Of a DNA stretch of 37,770 nt, positions 10,699 through 20,628 are shown one piece after another. Position numbers and translations under genes: made by a program. Origin of the DNA: Macrostomum lignano (Eukaryota); NCBI GenBank assembly GCA_002269645.1, contig NIVC01003867.1, forward strand, positions 1 to 37,770. Direction: 5' to 3'. The notes under the pieces were generated by a model. The model was given only the letters and a program-made list of their open reading frames with translations, was not told where the DNA came from and did not search any database. The number at the start of each line of letters is the position of its first letter. Position 1 is the stretch's first letter.

Positions 10699-12117
10699 TT
10701 ATTTGCAAAATTACAATAGATTGGGCAAGCCCTAGTCAGAGAGGCAAAATAGCAAAAATTGATTTCAGCACTATCCAGCAGACACAATGAACCCAATATG
10801 TGTCTCACGCTATAAAGTTGAGTTTGTCACAAAAAATAAGATTATAGAAGGTTCTAAGACACAGACAGAACAGAAAACAGACACAGAACAGGGTGCAGCG
10901 GCAAGGACCAAATATAATTTCTTCAAGAAACCAACCTTTTGTACAACAAAAGCTCCGCGGTAGTGAAGGGAAAAACATTTTTGGCTTAGAAAAATTGAAA
11001 TATGCTAGAAAAATAAGTTAATAATAATAAAAAAACACAGTAATCGATGAATCCGGCAAAACGGAGACAGACAAATAGATAGAATTTGAAATTCAACCAG
11101 AACGCTTGGCCATAAAATGAAATATAAATATTTTTACGGATAAGTTACATGCATACAATTTGGGTATTTTTGTTAAAAATAGATTATTAGTGTCAACTAA
11201 ACTTGAAAAAATATTCAAAAAATGTCTAGGGGTTAAGTCATTGCGAAATCTCGGATTGCAATACTACGAGTACAACAGAGTTCAGATCCCCATCAACAGG
11301 GTCTTTTTGAAGGCCGATTTGTCACCTAGAAAATTTACACACTGAATAATCTGCGTAATTTCGAATTTAATATTAGCAACTCTATATAGCCTACTTGAGT
11401 TAGTAGAAAGTTAAGCACTTTGTGAATTGTTTGCAATGACTCTTCAGCGATTCTAGTCTAAATATAGTTACGAAAAAACACAAGTGACCTTATTTAATAT
11501 AGTTTTTTTGCAGTCCACTCGGGCTTACGGCGCATTTAAGTTAAGTATAGGATATTCTATGGGTTTGCGGTCGGTATGTGATTAAATCCCGAGAGCCCGA
11601 GAGCTCTTATTTAAACTACTTTAATTTTGCGGGATGTATTCAGATAAATCCCGGAGCCATACTTGTATGTCTATGGTTGAACTTGGGGATGGGGTGTGGG
11701 GGCAAAGCCCCTTCTGGGGGTGTGGGGGCGAGGCCCCCACATTCTTAATACCATAAACAAAATTTCATTAGGAAACTTCTCGAGTCACGAAGGAAGAGAA
11801 GAGAGAAGCTCGCTTATTAAGATACATACAATAATCCTTGCAATATGTCCGGGAAAGTGATCGATTAAATCCCGCAAAATAAAATCTATGTCAATAACCT
11901 CCCTGAAAGTGAGCTTTAAAGTGGTTTAATCCAAGATATGCCCGCCAATGTAATATGGAGCTTCATACGTAGCAAGTCAAATAGCTTGCTACCATAGACA
12001 GAAGCTCCATATTACACTGGCAAGCATATCTTGGATTAAATTCAATGCGCGTAGGCTCAAATCTTTTTATCTTAAGATTATCTAGAATGTTTATTGCACT
12101 CATACCGAACAGTGGAC

Positions 12118-12476
12118 TCAAAGAAACGGATTGAAACTGGCTGCAGCGGAGCCGGGCTGTTGCTGTTGCTGCTGCTGCTGTTGATGGCTGCCCCAAGGAT
12201 TGCTGGCCGCCGGATAGCTGGTCATAGCGGACACGCCATGCTGAGCGGGGGCCTGAATTAGCGGGGGCGGTAGGCCAAACTCACTGCTGCCACCGGGCTG
12301 AAATCCTGCAGTAGCTTGGCTGTTCTGCCGTTGCTGCAGCTCAGCCAGACTTGGCCCAGCCTGCTGCTGCTGATGGAACGGATTCGCAATGGAGGAGTTC
12401 GGCCTGCCCGGTGCCGCTGGGTTGCCAAATACGCTGCCACCGCCTCCGCCAAACGGGTTCGAGGGGCCTGAGGGAC
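12118..12476 (-). CDS. EPN1: Epsin exon 7 (NPF x3, TGA); candidate AATAAA at 12090-12095
   Basis: Acceptor CACTCTGCAG; translation ends ...SFNPFL*. Confidence 0.93.
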
Positions 12477-15400
12477 CTGCAGAGTGTAGGACAGGATAGG
12501 GGAGATTAATGATGGAAGCAAGGTAAGAAGAGGTAGATAGGGGAGAGTTAGATAGGGAAGAGGTAGATAGGGCAGAGGTAGATAGGAGAGGTAGATAGGG
12601 CAGAGGTAGATAGGGGAGAGGTAGATAGGGCAGAGGTAGATAGGGGAGAGGTAGATAGGGAAGAGGTAGATAGGGGAGAGGTAGATAGGAGAGGTAGATA
12701 GGGCAGAGGTAGATACGGGAGAGGTAGATAGGGGAGAGGTAGATAGGGGTGAGGTAGATAGGGCAGAGGTAGATAGGGGAGAGTTAGATAGGGAAGAGGT
12801 AGATAGGGGAGAGGTAGATAGGAGAGGTAGATAGGGCAGAGGTAGATAAGGGAGAGGTAGATAAGGCAGAGGTAGATAGGGGAGAGTTAGATAGGGAAGA
12901 GGTAGATAGGGGTGAGGTAGATAGGGGTGAGGTAGATAGGGCAGAGGTAGATATGTGAGAGGTTAGATAGGGCAGAGGTAGATACGGGAGAGGTAGATAG
13001 TGAAGAGGTAGATAGGGGAGAGGTAGATAGGGAAGAGGTAGATAGGGGAGAGGTAGATAGGGGAGAGGTAGATAGGGGAGAGGTAGATAGGGCAGAGGTA
13101 GATAGGGCAGAGGTAGATAGGGCAGAGGTAGATAGGGGAGAGGTAGATAAATGTGCGAGAGGGAGAAAAGAAACTTTAATTAAATACAAGAAATATGAAA
13201 CATGAATATTGTCCAACATGAAGCATCAAGGACAAGACTCGAACTCAGGACTCTCACTCTTACCCTTAGGCTTGGTAACCAGACTATCCAGATTCACTAA
13301 GCCGCCATGTTCGCCGAGAAAATCCATTGCTGACTTGGCTCTGGGTGGTTGCTGCGCTGCCGCCGAGGCTTGCTGCTGTTGCTGTTGCTGCTGGTCCATT
13401 GTCCAGCCGCCGCCGCCTCCAAGCAGGTCGCCTTGGGAGCCGCCGATTCCACCGCCGAAGCCACCCCCGCCGCTGGCTGCGAAAGCGGTTGAGCCATCGG
13501 TTGCCCAAGGATCTTGGGCTGTGGGTCCTGCGGGTTGTATTATTATTAATAGGAATCATTACATAATATAAAGATTATATAATTGACTACACCTGCCCTA
13601 ATTGGGCCAGATGTGCAACCGACAGCTCAGCCGCAGCTATTGCGCGGCGCATCTGAAGGCTGCGTACGGCTGTTCAGTCTAAGCCTTTAAGGACGGGGGA
13701 GGGGGGTCACCACACGCACCCTCAATTATCCCAGCAAATGCTGGCACCAATTTTACAGCTGGGTGAACTGAAGCAATGCAGAGTTAATTGTCTCTTGCTC
13801 AAGGAAGGACACAAATTGTTCCGAGTGAGTCGAGAATCGAACCCCCGACCTTTCAGTCGTGAGTCCGACGCTCTGACCACTAACAATCGATAAAACAAAC
13901 AATAATTTGTTCAACTTTTTGAAGACAGACAGCTCACCTGTAGAGCCGGCAGCACCCCCAGTCTGATCTCGGCCTCCCAGCAGGTCGAATTCGTCAACTG
14001 GCGCTGCTGGCTGCTGCTGTTGGAGAGGCGCCCCAGCTGCCGCCCAGGGATCGCCAGATGCAGGGGGTGCAGCTGAGAATGCTGCGGGTGCGATTTTGGG
14101 TAGGGGAAGGAGGGACCTTGAGACACTTGATTATAAAATAATTATTCGATACCTATTATAATTATCGATTATAATCTCACTTCTTACAATTTCTAGTCTA
14201 CATGGAAATCTCACTATTTTTAATTTCTAGTCTCTATGGAAATCTCACCTTTAGATTCCTAGTCTACATGGAAATCTCACTATTTTTAATTTCTAGTCTC
14301 TATGGAAATCTCACCCTTAGATTCCTAGTCTACATGGAAATCTCACTATTTTTAATTTCTAGTCTCTATGGAAATCTCACCCTTACAATTTCTAGTCTTT
14401 ATGGAAATCCCACCCTTAAAATTCTAAGTCTCCATGAAAATCTCACCTTTAGAATTTCTAGTCTCCATGGAAATCTCAACCTTAAATATTCTATTCTCTA
14501 TGGAAATCTCACCCTTTGATTCCTTGTCTTTATGGAAATCTCACCCTTACAATTCCTAGTTTTCATGGCAATCTCACCCTTATATTTTTTAACACATATG
14601 GAAGTCTCACTTCCTAGGGAAATCTCACAGAAGATTTTTATTTAGATTTTAAATCTCATCAATCAATTGGTCTCACCATCTTGGTTCAGGCCACCGCCGC
14701 CGCCGCCACCCCAGGGGTCAGCCAAGGACGCAGTTGGCGCTGCAGTTGCCGCACCGCCACCCCAAGGATCTCCGCTGGTATCGAATCCATTGCTAGGGAC
14801 GCCACCACTGGTTGCTATGCTGGCAGCTGGCGCCACCGGTGCAGCCCAAGGATCCGAGCCGGAGGAGAAAGCCGTGTCGATTAGCTCGCTCTGTAAATAT
14901 CAAAAAAATATATTTTACATGTAGAATTTATGTCCCCGGGTTCGAATCTTGAGTAGAGAAAAAATCTTATAAAATAAAGTGTAATAGTGATGATTATCTC
15001 ACCGTTGCACCATGATTAAAGTCTTTGTTCTTGCGATTCTGAAAATTATGAAAACAAAAAGCTAAATATAATTCTATATATGCATACAGTGTTAACCCTA
15101 TAGATACATAAAAGCATCGCATATTAAAATCACCAAATTGTAACACAGTTAATTAAAGCTTTACTTTATAACAGGTAACACAGCTAAGGTGTCGCAAAAC
15201 CGCAAGCCAGCAATCTACTATAACTGATTTAATCTGCAGAATCTGATGACGAATTCAGATTTGAAGTGTTTGTTTACATGCGCAAATTTGTAGCAGTAGA
15301 ATATGGCCATTGATTTAAGCACTAAGCATAAGTATGGCTTGCATTTTATTAGGAGAAATTAATATTTCTTGGGTCTTTCTTATGCACATTAATTTTGAGG

Positions 15401-18400
15401 CTGGTGTTTGAGGCTGATGTTTGAGGCTGGTGTTTGAGGCTGATGTTTGAGGCTGGTGTTTGAGGCTGGCTGATGTTTGAGGCTGGTGTTTGAGGCTGAT
15501 GTTTGAGGCTGGTGTTTGAGGCTGATGTTTGAGGCTGGTGTTTGAGGCTGGCTGATGTTTGAGGCTGGTGTTTGAGGCTGATGTTTGAGGCTGATGTTTG
15601 AGGCTGGTGTTTGAGGCTGGTGTTTGAGGCTGGTGTTTGAGGCTGATGTTTCAGGCTGGTGTTTGAGGCTGGTGTTTGAGGCTGATGTTTGAGGCTGGCT
15701 GGTCTCTGCAGACTACGGAGATAGGAACTTTTCAGTTTTTTTTTCAGCACAAAAATGGTTGTTGATTTTGATATGAGGCAGACCCAATACTCACTTTGTA
15801 CATTTCCTGTGACTAAAAGCCATTAAAATGGCACAGGTCGGCTCAAATTGATTTAAGGAGTCTATTCTAACATTTTTAACTGACTCTATAAACAATACTA
15901 CTTCATATACTCGTACTAAAAAATGGTTGGTTGGTAGATACGAGTATGTCAGTACACGTATGTAATCGAATTCAGAAAAATATAATTCTAATTTTCTCTA
16001 GGACAAACTTAATGAATATCAATAGAGCAATAAGAAAGGCACAAAATATTAAAAGATGAGCACTGGGTCTGCCTCCTATCGAAAGTAGTAACAATTTATG
16101 TGCTGAAAAACTGAAAAGTTCACTATCTCCGTAGTGTATTTTTCGGCAAAAACCAGTCTCATAATAAACGTTTTTTCCCGACCTTCTACCCGAGTAGTTA
16201 TTGGTATGGCCAAGTATTATTGTGCTAAATGTCTATGGCCGATACACCACTGTATATAAAGGCCATTACTCCTTTACTCATTACTTTTGACTATGCCAGG
16301 TTTAACAAAAACGGCCTAGCATAACCCAGTTTTCAACAGCCAGACTGCACGAGAAGCTTTGGAGCAAGGACTATAGGCCTTGATGAAGTTGATGAACAAC
16401 TTGTCCCATAACGAGGACGCTGCCGGTATACACGCAGTACATGCCAACGGAGCCTCAATCTTGATGAGCATGTTGTGCTAAAGTTTCCAACTCCAAGAGG
16501 CTTGAGTTGTCACCCAAGCCCTAGTCGCTGCTACGTAAAAAATTAAAGATTAAAATTAGCAATATTTACTCCAAGACTAGAGACTTTCAGAATCAAATTT
16601 CTCTCTCAAAATTTTTTTGACCATGCTGTTAAGACTATCAAAAAAATCTTAGGGACTTTAATCGTGTTGAGCACACGCACACACACTTTGGAATGAACAG
16701 GTTTCTTTATCAGCCAGTGATAAAAATTCTGATTTCAATTCCAAATTTGTCTACAAAAATATTATACTCACTTTTCCAATAATGAACAATCATTTAACCA
16801 GTGTATTTACTTCAATCCGATTATAAGCTCTCAACTTACATCATCTTCTTCTTTTGTAAAAGCAAAAGTTGAATTATCGAGCTTCTCCTGTTGCTGCTGC
16901 TTGGGTGGCATGCGAAGCGGGGAAAGAACCTGAACACAGGGACGGTGGGAGCTTTAAAGAGAGCTACAAACAAATATTGCACTTATAATCAGCTCTATAG
17001 CGGAGTTGAGAACTGCCTCGGCCCGAACTCCCAGTGTTGAAAACAGTTAGCGAGTCAAGGCCGGCCTTTAAAACTTACCTCGTCTTCCTTCTTGCTTGCC
17101 TCAAGCGCCATCTTCAATTTTATCTCCTCTTTATGACCCTCGGCTTCGCGCCGCTTCAGCTCCTGCTCGTGCTCTTCCCTAGAGATGGCCAGGGCCAGCT
17201 GCAGTTGCAGGTCTTCAGCCTCCTGCGCCGCGGCCGCGCCTCCAGTGGTTGTGGCGGCGCTGGACTCAGACCGGCGCTGCGCTTCCATGCGGGATCTGAG
17301 TGGGAAATTTCAAATCTAGCTTACAACCTTTTCATGACTATCTATGTACAACAGTCTGTCCCCTCCCCTACTACCTGTTCCAAACTTGTCCCTAACCTGG
17401 CCACCTACCTGTCCATCTGTACCCAAGCATGTCCACCTACTCGTATTTGTCTCCTACCTGTCTCTCTTGTCCATCTAACTTTTTACCTTACCTGTCTCCT
17501 AGTTGTCCCATTGTCCCAAACATGTCCACCTGTCTCTACCCAACCTGTCCAACTGTCTCTACCTAACCTGTCCACCTGTCTCTACCCAACCTGCCCAACT
17601 GTCTCAACCCAACCTGTCCACCTGTCTCAACCCAACCTGTCCACCTGTCTCTACCCAACCTGTCCATCTCTACCTAACCTGTCCACCTGTCTCTACCCAA
17701 CCTGTCCACCTGTCTCAACCCAACCTGTCCATCTGTCTCTACCCAACCTGTCCATCTCTACCCAACCTGCCCAACTGTCTTTACCCAACCTGTCCACCTG
17801 TCTCTACCCAACCTGTCCACCTGTCTCTACCCAACCTGTCCACCTGTCTCTACCTAACCTGTCCACCTGTCTCTACCCAACCTGCCCAACTGTCTCTACC
17901 CAACCTGTCCACCTGTCTCTACCCAACCTGCCGAACTGTCTCTACCCACCCTGTCCACCTGTCTCTACCCAACCTGTCCACCTGTCTCTACCCAACCTGC
18001 CCAACTGTCTCTACCCACCCTGTCCACCTGTCTCTACCCAACCTGTCCACCTGTCTCTACCCAACCTGTCCACCTGTCTCTACCCACCCTGTCCACCTGT
18101 CTCTACCCAACTTGTCCACATGTCTTTACTCAACCTGTCCACCTGTCTCTGCCTAACCTGTCCACCCTCACCTGTCCGGCGGCCTGTCCTCAGAGCTGAA
18201 ACCGCCACCGTGCCTGAGCCTCTCCTTGGCCTTGATAGCGCTCTGCCTCTCAGCTTTCAACTTCTCATCGTCTTTAAGCAAAGCTACCAGATGCTTGGCT
18301 TTCTCGCGCACATTCAATCCGTGATCTTTGGCCTCCTCTGTGTACTGGAAATCCCGCAACGATTGGATAGCAAACAGATTCTCTTTGCACTGCTGGGCCA

Positions 18401-18668
18401 CCTTCTCACTGCCAGTTTTGATAATGTACTCCAGCAGCACCAGGGCTTTGTAAACGTGACGCCAGTTCTTATTTTTATCATTCAATCGTTTCCAAATCAT
18501 CGACATAATTTCAGTGTAGGCCATCACATTGTTTGTCATGTCGGATATTTCCGACATTAAAGTACTTGATGGACCCCATGGATCGTTTGACGTGGCTTCG
18601 CGAACTTTCACCTGGGCATCCGAATAATTATGAACAATGTTCTTGAAATTGCGCTTGATGGTTGCCAT
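12118..18668 (-). CDS. EPN1: Epsin (EPN1/2, lqf-like); join(18668..18172, 17295..17079, 16929..16840, 14890..14677, 14081..13938, 13527..13264, 12476..12118), about 594 aa
   Basis: ENTH domain (NYSDAQVKVREATSNDPWGP...KNWRHVYKALVLLEY), two UIMs (EDLQLQLALAISRE; EEIKLKMALEASK), five DPW motifs, FLGEHGGLVNLDSLV clathrin-binding segment, and three NPF motifs ending NPFL*. All six introns are GT-AG and phase-compatible (2,0,0,1,1,1). The true ATG is at 18668; the track start at 18671 is TTG. Confidence 0.95.
12528..13148. repeat. 15-bp minisatellite (GGAGAGGTAGATAGG) in epsin intron 6
   Basis: Seen directly; pyrimidine-rich on the sense strand. Confidence 0.95.
13264..13527 (-). CDS. EPN1: Epsin exon 6 (DPW, LVNLD clathrin box)
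   Basis: Acceptor AACCCGCAG; donor AAGG|GTAAGA. Confidence 0.92.
13590..13882 (-). mobile_element. CORE-like tRNA SINE, copy 2 (epsin intron 5)
   Basis: Shares GCCGCAGCTATTGCGCGGCGCATCTGAAGGCTGCGTACGGCTGTTCAGTC and the GAATCGAACCCC B-box complement with the other copies. Confidence 0.85.
13938..14081 (-). CDS. EPN1: Epsin exon 5 (DPW, DEFDLL)
   Basis: Phase-1 acceptor CACCCGCAG after a pyrimidine tract (an in-frame alternative lies 9 nt downstream); donor ACAG|GTGAGC. Confidence 0.85.
14178..14615. repeat. ~33-bp minisatellite (core ATGGAAATCTCAC) with alternating A/B units giving a 66-bp period, epsin intron 4
   Basis: Seen directly; produces a 22-aa periodic artefact ORF. Confidence 0.9.
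14677..14890 (-). CDS. EPN1: Epsin exon 4 (three DPW motifs)
   Basis: Acceptor TTTGATATTTACAG; donor G|GTGAGA. Confidence 0.92.
15396..15700. repeat. 13-bp minisatellite (GAGGCTG[G/A]TGTTT) in epsin intron 3
   Basis: Seen directly. Confidence 0.95.
15712..16135. mobile_element. MITE with ~80-bp imperfect terminal inverted repeats
   Basis: ACTACGGAGATAG-GAACTTTTCAGTTTTT...GAGGCAGACCCA at 15712-15790 is the reverse complement of TGGGTCTGCCTC...AAAAACTGAAAAGTTCACTATCTCCGTAGT at about 16060-16135. The interior is AT-rich and non-coding. TSD not resolved. Confidence 0.75.
16840..16929 (-). CDS. EPN1: Epsin exon 3 (90 nt, symmetric phase 0-0; VLSPLRMPPKQQQQEKLDNSTFAFTKEEDD)
   Basis: Acceptor CCCTGTGTTCAG; donor GAT|GTAAGT; open in frame. 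Confidence 0.75.
17079..17295 (-). CDS. EPN1: Epsin exon 2 (two UIMs)
   Basis: Acceptor TTTCCCACTCAG; donor GAG|GTAAGT. Confidence 0.93.
17500..18170. repeat. 23-bp minisatellite (ACCTGTCCACCTGTCTCTACCCA) in epsin intron 1
   Basis: Seen directly; starts immediately at the 5' splice site. Confidence 0.95.
18172..18668 (-). CDS. EPN1: Epsin coding exon 1 (ENTH)
   Basis: Upstream acceptor TTGGTCTTGCAG at 18681; donor CAG|GTGAGG at 18171. Confidence 0.95.
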
Positions 18669-18726
18669 CAATCAGCAGGGCTGCAAGACCAACTAGTAGA
18701 TAGAAATAAATAAATAGATTAATTAA

Positions 18727-18876
18727 CCCTCAATTACCCCAGCTAATGCTGGCACTGAATTAATGCAGAGTTAAGTGTCTTGCTCAATGACACAAATTGT
18801 TTCAAGTGGGATTGGGAATCGAACCCCAGACCTTTCAGTCACGAGTCCAACACTTTAAGCACTAGGGTACAACCAC
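18727..18876 (-). mobile_element. CORE-like tRNA SINE, copy 4 (internally deleted, 3' truncated)
   Basis: CCCTCAATTACCCCAGCTAATGCTGGCAC...GAGTTAAGTGTCTTGCTCAATGACAC...GGGATTGGGAATCGAACCCC matches the other copies. Confidence 0.8.
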
Positions 18877-19977
18877 TTATATAAATGTTTAGAACTGAAT
18901 TTTAATTGTAAATATCAATTGAAAATAGCAATTGAAATATCAAAGACAAAATATGTCAAATTTAGATTCATGATCAAGAGCTCTTTCTTGAAGAAATTTT
19001 CAAGGACTAAATAATATATTACTGTTTATACCTTCAATTTTATGTTATTAAATAATATTGTTTTAGCATTAATAACCTAAAAAAACTTTTAAATATTGCC
19101 ATTAGTCATTTTATAATCTTAGAGGAAAATCTGAACAAAATTTAGGCATTTAGCCTTAATAACATAGTTATAGTTATTCTTGCCATTTATCTTAGGCTTA
19201 GGTTTCTTTCATAAGAAAGTTATATATTTGGTAAAAATTGCATATCTAGGCCAAAGGGGTTGTAACATACAGCTCATATGGTATAGGAAAAAAGATATAC
19301 ACAAATCTCCACATTCCATCTTAGATTCCGTCTTTCCATGTTAGCTTTCTTAAAGCATTTGATTGCAAAATATAAATTGTTATCATATTTTTATAGATAG
19401 TATAAATTTAACTATAAATGTGGCTTAATTATTTGAAACAATATATTAGGTCCTATGTTAGATTAGAATATGGGTCTTAGCCACTTTAGCAACAAGACAT
19501 TTTGGTGACAATAATTACTTAATTAGCAATTATTCAAAATAACCAAGACAGTAGACATTTGCAAATAAATATATGTATTAAATAAGCAATATAAAAATTT
19601 TTTCTTAATAAACAGTTTATATTTATTTGAATCTTACTTCAAAGAATCAAGTATAAAATAAACTAGGTCTATAAATATCTAGGCCTTAGGCCTATTCAAA
19701 CAAACTTAAAATATATCTGTTTTAAGCTAGAACTAGCAATCTAGTGCGGCCCCACTTCGGGGCGCCCAATAAGAAAGGAGCAAAAAAACTGCAAAAATAG
19801 TTCATGGAATACAAAAAAGCACATTTTCTTAAACACCAATTCCTTCTTCACTTTTATAAATCACCTTATTTGTGTAAAATTGTCATAGACAAAGGTGTTT
19901 GCAAAGTGAAAGAATCACTTTTCTCTAAAATTAACAAACAGACAACAAAATATAGCTTCTCCTAAATAGAAAATATT

Positions 19978-20628
19978 CCCAAGACAGCAAGCATCCCCTC
20001 CAAAAGTAAACAACTGCAGATAGCAAGCATCCTCTAATGGTCATAGCAAGCATCACCCCAGATAGCAAGCATCTGCAGACAGCAAGCATCCCCCAGATAG
20101 AAGCATCCACCTAGATAGTAAGCATTCTGCAGATAGCAAGCATCCCCCAGATATTGTTAAAGTATCCACCCAGATAGCAAGCATCCTGCAGATAGCAACG
20201 CCTCCCCCGATATTATAGAAGCATCCTGCAAATAGCAAGCACCCCCCCCAGATATTATAAAAGCATCCTACAAATAGCAAGCACCCCCAGATATTATAGA
20301 AGCATCCTGCAAATAGCAAGCACCCCCCAGATATTATAGAAGCATCCACCCAGATCGTAAGCATCCTGCAAATAGCAAGCATCCCCCAGATAGAAGCATC
20401 TACCCAGATAGCAAGCATCCTGCAAAAAGCAAGCATCCCCCAGATATTATAGAAGCATCCACCCAGATAGCAAGCATCCTAGAGATAGCAAAAATCCCTA
20501 AATAGCAAGCATCCCTGGATAGAAAGAATCACATACATGTAGCCAGTACCCCTTAACTCCCAAATAGCAAGTATCCCCCCTCGAGAGCAAGCATCCTCCA
20601 GATAGCAAGCATCCACGAGACAGCAAGT
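19978..20628. repeat. Variable-length minisatellite with core CAGATAGCAAGCATCC
   Basis: Seen directly. Confidence 0.9.

Noticed and set aside
13225-13300. Apparent Pol III A/B-box pair (minus ...GAGTTCGAGTC)
   Set aside because: Most of it is epsin exon 6 coding sequence (GGLVNLDSLVTKPK) and its donor; the resemblance is chance.
14082-14125. Upstream AG acceptors for epsin exon 5 and the track ORF MSQGPSF...
   Set aside because: Those AGs are phase 2, or put DPW out of frame, relative to the phase-1 donor at 14676.
16320-16530. GC-richer patch in epsin intron 3 behind an acceptor-like TTTTTTACGTAG
   Set aside because: Stops occur early in all minus frames and no motif is recognisable.
17034-18560. 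508-aa plus-strand Cys/Pro-rich ORF
   Set aside because: It is antisense to epsin exons 1-2 and spans the intronic 23-bp array.
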